Source of the DNA: a virus
Reading direction: 5' to 3' (one strand)
DNA length: 64,000 nt
IMG/VR virus record: IMGVR_UViG_3300031565_000015
Coordinates: 4,860-68,859 of that record
Shown here: piece by piece, positions 9,479-18,866 of the stretch
How positions within the stretch are numbered: position 1 is the stretch's first letter
Layout: each line of letters begins with the position of its first letter
Position numbers and translations under genes: made by a program
The notes under the pieces: generated by a model
What the model was told of the DNA's origin: nothing
Seen by the model: only the letters and a program-made list of their open reading frames with translations
The model's database searches: none

Positions 9479-9479
9479 A

Positions 9480-9788
9480 TCAAACCCCTCCAGTCCGAAC
9501 ATGCTCAGTGGCCCTGCCAGGAACCACAGGATTCCACTCACGTTGCGCGTTCTTAATACGTTTCATCTCCAAGCACGTCGTGATATCGGCAGCCGAGTGA
9601 CCGTTCCTGGTGGCGCCATCAATCGCCAGGATTATAACATCGATCCACTCTTCCAGATCACCTGGAGCATGGATAATCTCTACCAGTTCCTTCTCAATGT
9701 GGTCAATGATGCCGTTATCATCACACCCGGGTCCGAAGGTCTCCTGCGACCATTTAACGTGTTTCTCTATCCAGTATTCTAAGATCAT
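9480..9788 (-). CDS. DUF550-like dATP/dGTP pyrophosphohydrolase (MazG-like fold)
   Basis: WSQETFGPG...HIEKELVEI...EEWIDVIILAIDG...K...N..REW. Confidence 0.75.
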   Translation of the reverse strand: MILEYWIEKHVKWSQETFGPGCDDNGIIDHIEKELVEIIHAPGDLEEWIDVIILAIDGATRNGHSAADITTCLEMKRIKNAQREWNPVVPGRATEHVRTGGV

Positions 9789-10039
9789 AATAGTACCCCC
9801 GTGGTGGTGTTACATTCTAACTCAGACAGATCTTCGTCTAAGAAAGCAATCATTGTTCTATGGACTACCCATGAGATGTCCGGTGGTACCGGGCACGGGA
9901 AGTCATCAAAGACAATATCATATTCTCCGTCCGCATCCATACCTGAAACTGATACTCCTACCGTCCCGATAGGAGGGAAAGGCATATTGTCCGCTTTATA
10001 TTCTTGATCACTTATTATAACTACGACTTTTCGATTCAT
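9785..10039 (-). CDS. Hypothetical protein
   Basis: ATGA overlap; RBS. Confidence 0.5.
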   Translation of the reverse strand: MNRKVVVIISDQEYKADNMPFPPIGTVGVSVSGMDADGEYDIVFDDFPCPVPPDISWVVHRTMIAFLDEDLSELECNTTTGVLL

Positions 10040-10525
10040 TCCGTAATCTCCCCCGAATTATAGTGTTTATCAATAACTCCCGGCGTTCATCCAGTGTCAT
10101 GGTACGCCGGGCGTCTGCCAGATCTCTGAGTTTTTTCAAACGGATAAGGTACTTACGGTACACCAGATTGCCTACCGCGTCTATACTCATTATACCCTCA
10201 CCCCATCCAGTTTGCACATCCGGTCCATTGCCCTGTGGTACGCGACGTTCCAGGCGGTGTTCCGCTGGTCAGTGTTCAGATGCGTACAGTTCTGCTTGAC
10301 ATGCTCGTTGGCTTCCGCTACTGCGGCGAAGATGTTACTCTCGATCATCCCGCGTTTTTCATTATCCAGTAATTTCATGGTTCCTCCAGTTAATTCAGAT
10401 ATTATCTCACTGCGACAATTATAAAACTGGCAGCAACGAAAGTATTGCAAAGCTCTATGTTCCCTTTGCATAGCCAAAAAATTGCGAATACAATGCACGC
10501 CGTCTGCATTACTAAACTCTTCATG

Positions 10526-11178
10526 ATAACACCCTCCCTGTTAAAGTTAAAATAATTCCGATAGTATTCCAGTCCGTCAGAATGGAGTTATGTTATAAGA
10601 TTTAAGAAATTCAGTTACCTCTCCGTACCCACCGTTTTCCGCCCATTCATATATTTTCTGGAAATCATAGACCGGGTAATAATGAGTATGGAGTACACAA
10701 AACCGACGGTCGTATTCCTCGGTACTGATATCGCAGGTGCATAGGAAGAAATTAGCTTGATTTTCCTCAGTTACAGGATCTTCTCCCTTCCTATGAACAG
10801 TGACCTGGTTATTGACAATGTAGTGTTTTAATGTATCTGAGGCTGTAAATTCTTCGATAACCACAAGTTTTTTTCCTGATATCCAGGAGTTAAAAACACT
10901 ATCCACATATGTACCACATACCAAGAAAGTACGTTCAAACCCAACAGCGTGTCGCAGAAAATTTGCGATAAGTGTTTTACCGTTACCTTCCGGCCCTTGC
11001 AGCACCATAGCCCACTGAAATTTCTTTCCAGGATTTTGAACGCAAGATGCCATATAGGACAGCAGTGTCTTCTGGTCATTTTCGTTCGGCAACATTCTGT
11101 TGATCAGTTCTTTAAACATTATAACACCCTCCCAGTTACTGTTAAAATAATTCCGATAGTATTCCAGTCCGTCAGAAT
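10526..11178. repeat. 58-bp direct repeat (10526-10583 and 11121-11178; 38-bp identical core) flanking a helicase-domain gene
   Basis: gttaaaataattccgatagtattccagtccgtcagaat occurs at 10546 and 11141. Confidence 0.9.
10577..11119 (-). CDS. Stand-alone SF3 helicase domain (paralogue of the primase C-terminus)
   Basis: DQKTLLSYMASCVQ...QGPEGNGKT...VVIEE...DRR mirrors the primase sequence DQKILLTYMAACVQ...QGVQGNGKS. Confidence 0.75.
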   Translation of the reverse strand: MFKELINRMLPNENDQKTLLSYMASCVQNPGKKFQWAMVLQGPEGNGKTLIANFLRHAVGFERTFLVCGTYVDSVFNSWISGKKLVVIEEFTASDTLKHYIVNNQVTVHRKGEDPVTEENQANFFLCTCDISTEEYDRRFCVLHTHYYPVYDFQKIYEWAENGGYGEVTEFLKSYNITPF

Positions 11179-11215
11179 TGTCCAATTGATTAATCTGATA
11201 GGTCTGATAGGTTTT

Positions 11216-11500
11216 TTAGATACGAAGAACCCCCTTCTCAACTTGGCCTTTAGCTCCCGCCGGCTCCCAAAGAGAAAAACAGATGAAATATATCGGGATA
11301 ACAACCGTTTCGCAGAGAATAACTGATAAAACGAGATTGCCTGCTATTAAACGGTATTCGATATCGGGATTACACATTTCTGTTTTATTTACAAGTCCAT
11401 AAGTCCCATATGTTTTCTCTTTAATTTGTAGGTTTCTCCCGCAAGAAACCGTCGAAAGCATAATCACCATAGCCAATACACACAATACGGTCTTATTCAT
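11216..11500 (-). CDS. Putative lipoprotein / membrane protein
   Basis: Signal peptide ending in TVSC; second hydrophobic segment. Confidence 0.55.
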   Translation of the reverse strand: MNKTVLCVLAMVIMLSTVSCGRNLQIKEKTYGTYGLVNKTEMCNPDIEYRLIAGNLVLSVILCETVVIPIYFICFSLWEPAGAKGQVEKGVLRI

Positions 11501-13515
11501 CGAACCCCCTCCCATATTCTCTCACATAACCCCGCAGCCTCAGTCCGACCCAAACACTGGGCGGACACCATATCCAGTCCGAACGTGCGGTAGAACCTCA
11601 TCATAATAACAGAGTCGGACTGACCGGCGGCGCGTTGGTATCCACACCATGTGGCTATCATCTCCCGCAGTTCTGTCTGCGCTTCCTGTCGCAGACGGTG
11701 GTTTTTCATTGCTCCCAGTACCGCCTGTGGTGGCGCCCCGGCGTGTCTCAGTTTCTCACCTACCTCGTAGTCCGGAGCATCCACCCGGGCAACCTCTCCC
11801 CGCATGGCTGCCAGTACCGCGGGATCTATCTCACTCAGATCCCCCTCGACCATCTCAATGCTGACGTTACCCTGAGTAACATATTGCCATCCGCAGTACG
11901 GGCAGTCTCTCTCATATGCCTCATAGACCGCCAGGCACTCCCGGCATGTCCGTATTGGGATTAAGTCGTCATCCCGTTTCTTAGACCCTCGGGTGCCTTC
12001 CAGGGACCACTCGCGGTATCGGTCCGGAAGTCCATGCCGTTTGATATTGCCCACGTGATCTATAATAATGGCGTGTTGCTTGCCGTCTAACAGCCTGAGC
12101 GATCTTCCGAACTGCTGGACAAAAAGAGGGTAAGAAGCTGTCGGACGGGCGAAGCTGCACACCTCAATGGCAGGCAGATCGAACCCCTCTCCGAATACGT
12201 CTACATTTACCAGTTCTTTCAGGTCTCCCCGGGCGAGCATCTCAATGGACTTATAGCGCTCTCGGTCCGGGGTACCTGCATGGACCACCCGCGCCGGAAC
12301 TCCTGCGCCACAGAACGACGCGGCCATATCCTTGGCGGTCTGAACATCAGGAACGAATGTGACTCCGATCTTACCAGGAGCAAATTTAAGGTAGCTCTTG
12401 ACCACATCTCCAACGATGGGGGACCGACGGACAGCAGCGGTCAGTTTCGGCTTGCTGTAGTCACCCGAGCGACCCACAGTGACACCTGTGAGGTCCACGT
12501 TACTGTACGGCCCGAATATCCGGTAGTCTGTGAGATACCCAGCGTTTATCAGTTCTCGCATACCGGGGCCACTCACCAGTGTATCGAATACGCCGGCGGC
12601 AGACCGCCCGATACCCTGCCCATCCGCCCGTTCCGGGGTGGCAGTAACTCCCAGCCCCCGGCAGGACTCAGGGAACAGGCCGATAGCCTGCATCCACTCG
12701 TTACCGCCCGCTACGTGGTGACAGTTGTGAACGACTATCCCGTTGGCTGTGTAGGTATGGAGTTCTTCGACTTCCAGGTTGTAAACGAACCGGTTAGGGG
12801 ACGTTGCATACAGCATAGAGTTTAACACAGGCACCCAAGCCCCTGTCTTGGTTAGAACCACATCTTTTCTGGACAGGGCACCGGCTTTAGCCCACCCGCG
12901 TTGAGTGAAATAAGGGTGATTGAGAGTAACCTTTGCTGACTCCATACCCTTAAACCCTATATGTGCCATTACATCAGGCATCGGATTCTTAAACACCCTC
13001 AGCATCGGACGCAACTCAAACCCACCAGTCCGCTCGTTATAAGCTGTGACCTTATCTCCGACACGGATCTGCTCAATCGGTCTGCCGTCAACCGGGGTGC
13101 CCGCCGGGAAACACTCATCAGTAACCCACAGTGATGCACGGTCTATCATCGGCTTGAGTACCTTCTGCCGGTTCAGCAAGGTCTTAACCCCGGCCACAAT
13201 GCAGTTGGCCCGAGGGTCCTCATAGCGCCGCCCGAACCTGCGGATCTGCTCCGTTATTATATATTTGCAGAGACTGTCCGAGGCTTGCAGACTGTGAACC
13301 ACTCCATATTTAGCGAGGGTGAACGACATCTGAGACACCAGTTCCTGCCGGTGGGCCACGGTGAAAGACACTCCGGTGTGGTGCAGGAGTTTATTGCTGA
13401 AGACCACGGTCTTGCCAGATCCTGTTGGGAGCGTAGCGCATACGTTCTGAGCGCCGTCAGCCCATGCGGCGTCTATGTCTTCTGATATCTTCTGTTGGTA
13501 TGGTCGGAGTTTCAT
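11497..13515 (-). CDS. SF2 DEAD/DEAH-box helicase (RadD/YejH-like) with intein
   Basis: LRPYQ, PTGSGKT, DE|CHH, TATP, EGFDLP, QQFGRSLR; C-terminal CxxC...CPYC. Confidence 0.9.
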   Translation of the reverse strand: MKLRPYQQKISEDIDAAWADGAQNVCATLPTGSGKTVVFSNKLLHHTGVSFTVAHRQELVSQMSFTLAKYGVVHSLQASDSLCKYIITEQIRRFGRRYEDPRANCIVAGVKTLLNRQKVLKPMIDRASLWVTDECFPAGTPVDGRPIEQIRVGDKVTAYNERTGGFELRPMLRVFKNPMPDVMAHIGFKGMESAKVTLNHPYFTQRGWAKAGALSRKDVVLTKTGAWVPVLNSMLYATSPNRFVYNLEVEELHTYTANGIVVHNCHHVAGGNEWMQAIGLFPESCRGLGVTATPERADGQGIGRSAAGVFDTLVSGPGMRELINAGYLTDYRIFGPYSNVDLTGVTVGRSGDYSKPKLTAAVRRSPIVGDVVKSYLKFAPGKIGVTFVPDVQTAKDMAASFCGAGVPARVVHAGTPDRERYKSIEMLARGDLKELVNVDVFGEGFDLPAIEVCSFARPTASYPLFVQQFGRSLRLLDGKQHAIIIDHVGNIKRHGLPDRYREWSLEGTRGSKKRDDDLIPIRTCRECLAVYEAYERDCPYCGWQYVTQGNVSIEMVEGDLSEIDPAVLAAMRGEVARVDAPDYEVGEKLRHAGAPPQAVLGAMKNHRLRQEAQTELREMIATWCGYQRAAGQSDSVIMMRFYRTFGLDMVSAQCLGRTEAAGLCERIWEGVR
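12724..13113 (-). mobile_element. Mini-intein (130 aa, no homing endonuclease) in helicase motif II
   Basis: Starts CFPAGTPV, has block B TLNHPY, ends VYNLEVEELHTYTANGIVVHN before Cys+1; removal restores DECHH. Confidence 0.9.
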
Positions 13516-13850
13516 TCGTGAATATTTCCAATAACTTCCGGTTCAAAGAGCATTACAGTCTTTAGGTCTGTGGCTCCACACTTGAAAGACCCGTCTTCAA
13601 AAGTAACTGGACGCTCTTGGACGCCATCATCCCACAGACAATTCCTTCTTGAACGAATAACGTCACCTTCATAGATTTCAAATCCTGTTTTGTCGAAGAA
13701 TGGACTTAACATCTCCCATTCAGTAATCTGAGTATACCCGGACAGATTATCCATGTTTGTAATGTGGCCTTGCTGGATCAACATATTCTGCCAGCATTCT
13801 TTTGAATTTGATATCTTTCGGAATATCGCTCTGAGTTTTATCTGTCTCAT
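13512..13850 (-). CDS. YopX-family protein
   Basis: MRQIKLRA...DKTGFEIYEGD...EVIGNIHE. Confidence 0.8.
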   Translation of the reverse strand: MRQIKLRAIFRKISNSKECWQNMLIQQGHITNMDNLSGYTQITEWEMLSPFFDKTGFEIYEGDVIRSRRNCLWDDGVQERPVTFEDGSFKCGATDLKTVMLFEPEVIGNIHE

Positions 13851-14013
13851 AATCCCAACCACCCCCTTAATCTCGACCAAACTGACGGTTTCGTGTACTT
13901 CTCTCTGAGTATCTGTTTGAATTTTTCAATATCTTCGTCCGCGAGTTTCTTTGGGTAGAGAAAACCGCGAGTTCCGTAAGCAAGACGTTCGTAATCCGCT
14001 TTAAATTTATCTG

Positions 14014-14385
14014 TCATTTTAAATCGTCCGGATGGACTTCAAATAACTCTGCCATCGGCTCCCGTAGCCTCAATTTTAAATTTTTTATAAGACCTTCCAG
14101 GTAAATATTCCTGGCGGTTGTTTCGTCTATTTTTAATTCAGACATTTTTTCAGCGGTATAGTACGAATAATCATCAACATACCCTCGCAGTTCGGAATAC
14201 CCACTGAGACTATATCCGATTAGTTGGGCGAATTGCTGTCGGTCTTCATTTGTAAAGTTTTTTCTGGCGATAGTGTTCATATCAATTCCGCCATTATCCA
14301 ATAAATATTCGACTATGTGATTTTTTTTAAACCTCAAAGTCCCGAGTTCATCTTTTTCCAAGGGCTGTATTGGGTGTTTCATCAT
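14014..14385 (-). CDS. Conserved hypothetical phage protein
   Basis: HPIQP...RFKKNHIV..LLD...QFAQLIGYS pattern; RBS. Confidence 0.65.
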   Translation of the reverse strand: MMKHPIQPLEKDELGTLRFKKNHIVEYLLDNGGIDMNTIARKNFTNEDRQQFAQLIGYSLSGYSELRGYVDDYSYYTAEKMSELKIDETTARNIYLEGLIKNLKLRLREPMAELFEVHPDDLK

Positions 14386-14548
14386 TCCTTCTCCGGTATA
14401 TCACCCTTACAGACAGGGCATGGCAGTTTAGCAAAAAACCCTAATTCATCATCGTACAAACAGTCGTCACTGTACCCATGATTTTCTTCATCCCAAGGGT
14501 CTGGAAATTCCAACCGATCTTTATCGCAGGTCTTACAGCTTATTAGAT

Positions 14549-15049
14549 TCATTTTTCCATCTCCCGAATCGTCCGTATAATCCGAATAGCTTTCACATAA
14601 CCATGGTCATCAAGGTACTTCTTTCTAACAGCTTTTTCAAATGCTTTAAGATCACCTCTGAAGCACCCACAGACTATCTGTTCGGTCGAATCTGAAGGAA
14701 CCCAATAGGCGCAGGTATTATAGTAGTTGCCACCAATACCTTTGAACGCGTACCTATTCGGATTTTGTTTAAAGCCCCGGCAGTCCGTGCAGTACCGGCA
14801 GTCCGTGCAGTCCGTGCAGTCCGTGCAGTTCGTGCAGTACCGGCAGTCCGTGCAGTCCGTGCAGTATCGGCAGTCCGTGCAGTTCGTGCAGTTCGTGCAG
14901 TACCGGCAGTCCGTGCAGTCCGTGCAGTTCGTGCAGTACCGGCAGTCCGTCAGAGTTTCCGATGCTGACTTAGCTTGTGGTTCTGTATAGAAATCTTCGC
15001 CCCATCTGTTCCCCTGCTCGTCTGCCCAATATCCGTCTTTAAGTTCCAT
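14549..15049 (-). CDS. Cys-tripeptide-repeat protein
   Basis: 19 xxC units followed by a CGCFRG..F...V C-terminal domain; CGGGAG RBS and promoter upstream. Confidence 0.7.
   Translation of the reverse strand: MELKDGYWADEQGNRWGEDFYTEPQAKSASETLTDCRYCTNCTDCTDCRYCTNCTNCTDCRYCTDCTDCRYCTNCTDCTDCTDCRYCTDCRGFKQNPNRYAFKGIGGNYYNTCAYWVPSDSTEQIVCGCFRGDLKAFEKAVRKKYLDDHGYVKAIRIIRTIREMEK
14780..14950. repeat. 9-bp tandem repeat x19 (TDC/TNC/RYC codons)
   Basis: Units gcagtccgt / gcagttcgt / gcagtaccg. Confidence 0.95.
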
Positions 15050-15362
15050 TTCGTTTCTCCCGTTACTGTTAATTCATAGTGTATCAGTATAATATCCAGC
15101 CCTGAAAGTCCAATTGATTTTGGCTATAGGATCTATAGGTTTTATGAATTGTAGTCGGGTAGTGGACACCATTCAGGTATTTCCCCCGCTTTAGGTTCCC
15201 ACCAGCAGATTTCTTTCTCTGCTTGCTCACACCATGAGACATAGTTCGGACCTGAAACGGTTGACGGAGTTTCGTCTCTACACGGGCAGCCCAAACAGTC
15301 TTCTATTTTTAAAATTTTCATATCTCTCCTTTGATTTTGGCTATATGGTCTATAGATTGTGA

Positions 15363-15722
15363 CTATGACCGTCGTTTTTTCCGCCCAGAACGTTTTAAGA
15401 GTTTCAATTGTCGTTTACTCTTAGAAGAATAGTCTTTCGGGACATGCGGTGTTTTTGGAACAGACACTATCTCTTGGTAAGCGTCCGGTCTCGGCTCTAA
15501 TCCTTCCATCCAATATACAAAATTTATAGCACCTATCTCTAAGAAAAGTTTCAGATCGCAAATTTCATAAGGAAACTCATTGTGCCACACGCCCGTATGG
15601 CATTTACAGCACAGATCAGGCACCTTTCCGTCTCGATACTCTTTCCATCCCGAAAGCCCTCTACTTCCACCAAGGGCTGTATTATCCACAGCCCCACAGC
15701 AATCACATATAAACAGTGGCAT
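15363..15722 (-). CDS. Hypothetical protein with Zn-binding motif
   Basis: MPLFICDCCGAVDNTA...LCCKC..G.WH. Confidence 0.6.
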   Translation of the reverse strand: MPLFICDCCGAVDNTALGGSRGLSGWKEYRDGKVPDLCCKCHTGVWHNEFPYEICDLKLFLEIGAINFVYWMEGLEPRPDAYQEIVSVPKTPHVPKDYSSKSKRQLKLLKRSGRKKRRS

Positions 15723-15726
15723 ATCA

Positions 15727-17877
15727 TCACTTCCTATACCGATGCCCACGCCACCCGCCAGATGCACTGATCGGCCAGTCTGCGAACCACGGCTCTCTGA
15801 CTTCCATTAACTGCTCGAACTCTTCGACACTGCCGAAACCTATCGGCACCTCAGACACAATCTCATCATGGACATGCAGTACCGGCGGATACCCGGCGGC
15901 GTTCACTCGCAGTAACGCGGAGGCCATGATATCTCGCGCCACGGACTGGCACAGATTTTCCGTCAGTTTCGAGCCATATGTCTGAATCCTGCACCATTTA
16001 TGGGTGTACCCGTCCATCCCCATATAGGAGATCTGCTGTACTTCCTGGCCCCGGGGATCAGTCCCATGGCTCAACCTCGGCTCATGGTAAGACAGGCATC
16101 GCCCGGACGGTAATCTGATATACAGAACGTCCCCAAATACACCAAATTTAATATCCCTGTAAGAGTATTCAGTTCCGGGATTTGCGATCGCCAGGACCGT
16201 CATACCCTCAACGCCATAGAACTCCCGATAGAACTCCCATCTGCCCATAACCTTCCGCCACTGACCGCCCCAAAACTCCACAATAGCTGGGGATGCTTCC
16301 CGCCACGCAAGGATATTCTGCTTGATTTCTTCTTCTGTACAATACTCCCCGGCACCGAACCGTAAAGAAGCGTCTATCCACCCCCCGAAACCGTTCGCTA
16401 ATTCGTTTACCTTACCCTTTTTACGCAACGGGTGGTGCTTTCCGGTAGCCGTCTTGTGCGCGAGGATCTCTTCCAACGGCACTCCAGTAATCATACTGAT
16501 GGACGCCTCGTATATCTTCCCATGGGTGCGGAACACATCTAAACGCCACTCCTCGCCCGCCAGTGCCGCCAGTACAACAGCTTCAATAGCACTGAAATCT
16601 GAACAGATTAACTCCTTGCCCGGACCGGCCACCAGTAAAGATCTCATACAAGAGCCGATCAGGTCAAGGGAGCTACCCCACCGCCCCTCTATCTGTTCCA
16701 GATCACCAGTGTGGATATCAACCAGAGCACGTTCGGCCAGGGTGTTCCCCCACTCCATACCATCTTCTTCGGGTCCGCCGTTCCGAAAATTTTGGGGTTG
16801 AATTTGCCGCCCCGCCCATCGCCCCGTGCGTTCAGCCCCGCAGTATACGAACGAGTCTCTGATCCGCCCGTCACTGTTGAGACATCTCTGCATTGCGAAC
16901 AGTTTCTTAACCGCCGCCCCGCCAATAGCCTGGCGGATTTCCAGAACTCGACGAACATCAGATGGGAGATCGGCCCGTTCCAGGGAGTCCACTACCGTCT
17001 GTTTGTCCAGACTCGGGAAGGCGAACCCACGGGACTGAAACCATTTATCCCCGGCGGACCCCTTGGACACCTCATCAACTGTCATAACATCGGGTTTTTC
17101 GAGCGCAGGGTTCCAAGTAATACGCTGCAATTCAGCGGTGTATTTATTACTGGCAGCATGGAATAATCTGACACATGCTTCCAGTCCTTCCAGGTCAATA
17201 GCCACCCCCCGTACGTTAATCTCCTGGTCGATCAACCACACCTGAGTCTCAAATTCCGACATCTCTGGCATTCGTGATGACACGTCCTGTTCGGCCACAA
17301 CATCCTGGTCATTATACTCGTACATCTCGTAATGTAACTCAGGGTACTTCTCGAACGAACGGTACAGTTCTTTACAGGCTTTGGTAGGTTTCTTCGGGAT
17401 TGACAGCAACTGAATGAGTTTTTTGCCTCTCGGGTCTTTACCCCGACCAGGTGTGACTATACTGGCCACCTTCTCCAATGCGCCGGGCAGTCCCCATGCT
17501 CTGGCCTTGGCCGCAGAACATCTTAATTGGTGTAACGGCAGCTCCGGCCACCCCATTCGCAGATAGCAGACGTAAAACCAGAAGTAATACTCGAATCCGG
17601 AATTGTGCGCCTCTATAAGCCCGCCGGAGTGGAGATAATGGAATAATGGGGCGGGACCTGCCGTATTAACAGGGGTCCAGAGTCGGACCCCACATCCGTC
17701 ATTCAGATTGTACGCTAAGGAGATGACTCTGGCTGACGGATGTTCCGCGTAAACCGGGGCATTCACACATTGTATCCCGGGTTTACCTTTCATTAACGGT
17801 TTAAAGTACCCGCAACTTTCGTCGAATACATAACCTGCTTCACTGTAGCACTCAAAGTCCATTGCGGGTATTATCAT
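15727..17877 (-). CDS. Phage family A DNA polymerase with 3'-5' exonuclease
   Basis: ExoI DFE, HNSGFE, TGRWAG, motif A SDFSAIE, motif B KGKVNELANGFGG, motif C VHDE. Confidence 0.92.
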   Translation of the reverse strand: MIIPAMDFECYSEAGYVFDESCGYFKPLMKGKPGIQCVNAPVYAEHPSARVISLAYNLNDGCGVRLWTPVNTAGPAPLFHYLHSGGLIEAHNSGFEYYFWFYVCYLRMGWPELPLHQLRCSAAKARAWGLPGALEKVASIVTPGRGKDPRGKKLIQLLSIPKKPTKACKELYRSFEKYPELHYEMYEYNDQDVVAEQDVSSRMPEMSEFETQVWLIDQEINVRGVAIDLEGLEACVRLFHAASNKYTAELQRITWNPALEKPDVMTVDEVSKGSAGDKWFQSRGFAFPSLDKQTVVDSLERADLPSDVRRVLEIRQAIGGAAVKKLFAMQRCLNSDGRIRDSFVYCGAERTGRWAGRQIQPQNFRNGGPEEDGMEWGNTLAERALVDIHTGDLEQIEGRWGSSLDLIGSCMRSLLVAGPGKELICSDFSAIEAVVLAALAGEEWRLDVFRTHGKIYEASISMITGVPLEEILAHKTATGKHHPLRKKGKVNELANGFGGWIDASLRFGAGEYCTEEEIKQNILAWREASPAIVEFWGGQWRKVMGRWEFYREFYGVEGMTVLAIANPGTEYSYRDIKFGVFGDVLYIRLPSGRCLSYHEPRLSHGTDPRGQEVQQISYMGMDGYTHKWCRIQTYGSKLTENLCQSVARDIMASALLRVNAAGYPPVLHVHDEIVSEVPIGFGSVEEFEQLMEVREPWFADWPISASGGWRGHRYRK

Positions 17878-17900
17878 GCGTCTATGCTCCTTGGTTTAGA

Positions 17901-18866
17901 TTAATAGGGAATGTCGTCAGTGGGGGCTCCAGTATTTAGCGGACCGTAGTGCGGCGGGATAGGCTGTTGCTGGCCGGGGGCCTGGAACTGCTGGCCGGGG
18001 GCCTGGAACTGGGGCCCGCCCTGTGGGGCCTGGAACTGGGGCCCGCCCTGTGGGGCCTGGAACTGGGGCCCGCCCTGTGGGGCCTGGAACTGCGGACCGG
18101 CAGGAGCGCCCTGTGGGGGTTGGAACTGTGGACCGGCAGGAGCGCCCTGTGGTGCCTGGAACTGCGGACCGGCAGGAGCGCCCTGTGGTGCCTGGAACTG
18201 CGGACCGGCAGGAGCGCCCTGTGGTGCCTGGAACTGCTGTCCCGCCGAGGGCTGGCCGGGGGGCATGATTCCGGCAGTCGGGGCAACAGGTGTCGCACTG
18301 GCGCCGGCAGGCAGTTGAACTGCTGGAGCACCTGTCAGTATAGAAGGATCGGCCCCGCCGGATTTGATCTCGGACCCATAGCCTACCACTTCAAACAATT
18401 CAGGATATAATTTGATTCCAGGAGTCTGCCTTTTACCGACATCGGCATTGTTGCTTTTAATGACGAACGGCACCCTGACGTAATCACCACACTTGACCTG
18501 GGATTTATCCGTAATCTGCAAAACCTGTCCGTTTTCCTGACGATAAGTGCTGAAGGGGTACAGACTCCCCATGGAGAAAACCCAACAGCCCTGCCAGCCT
18601 TCTTTGTCCTTGAAAGCGATCTGATCGCCGTCTTTATACTTCCAGCTAAAATTGTTCGCCTGGAACTCACCTCTTGGCCATGACAACTGCGCCACTGAGT
18701 TGAGCATGGCCAACACATTATTCACTGTGGGGTCTGTTTTCTGAACAGCCACCCCCACATAGTAGTGTTGCCCTGTAATATTTCCCTGTTGGTCTTTGTC
18801 GTCATAAGGTGTGAACAAATTACCTTCAACGAACCGCCCTACAATCCACTGTCTTTCATCAGCCAT
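17901..18866 (-). CDS. ssDNA-binding protein (DUF2815/Enc34-like) with repetitive Q/P/G/A linker
   Basis: Position between Cas4-like nuclease and polymerase; WKYKDGD...GWQGCW; acidic DDIPY tail. Confidence 0.75.
   Translation of the reverse strand: MADERQWIVGRFVEGNLFTPYDDKDQQGNITGQHYYVGVAVQKTDPTVNNVLAMLNSVAQLSWPRGEFQANNFSWKYKDGDQIAFKDKEGWQGCWVFSMGSLYPFSTYRQENGQVLQITDKSQVKCGDYVRVPFVIKSNNADVGKRQTPGIKLYPELFEVVGYGSEIKSGGADPSILTGAPAVQLPAGASATPVAPTAGIMPPGQPSAGQQFQAPQGAPAGPQFQAPQGAPAGPQFQAPQGAPAGPQFQPPQGAPAGPQFQAPQGGPQFQAPQGGPQFQAPQGGPQFQAPGQQFQAPGQQQPIPPHYGPLNTGAPTDDIPY
17980..18240. repeat. Nested 36/27/21-bp tandem repeats (QFQAPQGAPAGP etc.)
   Basis: Repeated gcctggaactg units. Confidence 0.9.

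Noticed and set aside
9480-9788. DUF550 plus an HD protein suggesting a 2-aminoadenine (Z) genome pathway
   Set aside because: No PurZ/PurA-like gene in the window, and the HD protein has RelA/SpoT-type rather than DatZ-type motifs.
14780-14950. Tandem repeats (also 17980-18240, 34405-34735, 45710-45767) as CRISPR arrays
   Set aside because: No unique spacers; all are in-frame coding repeats.
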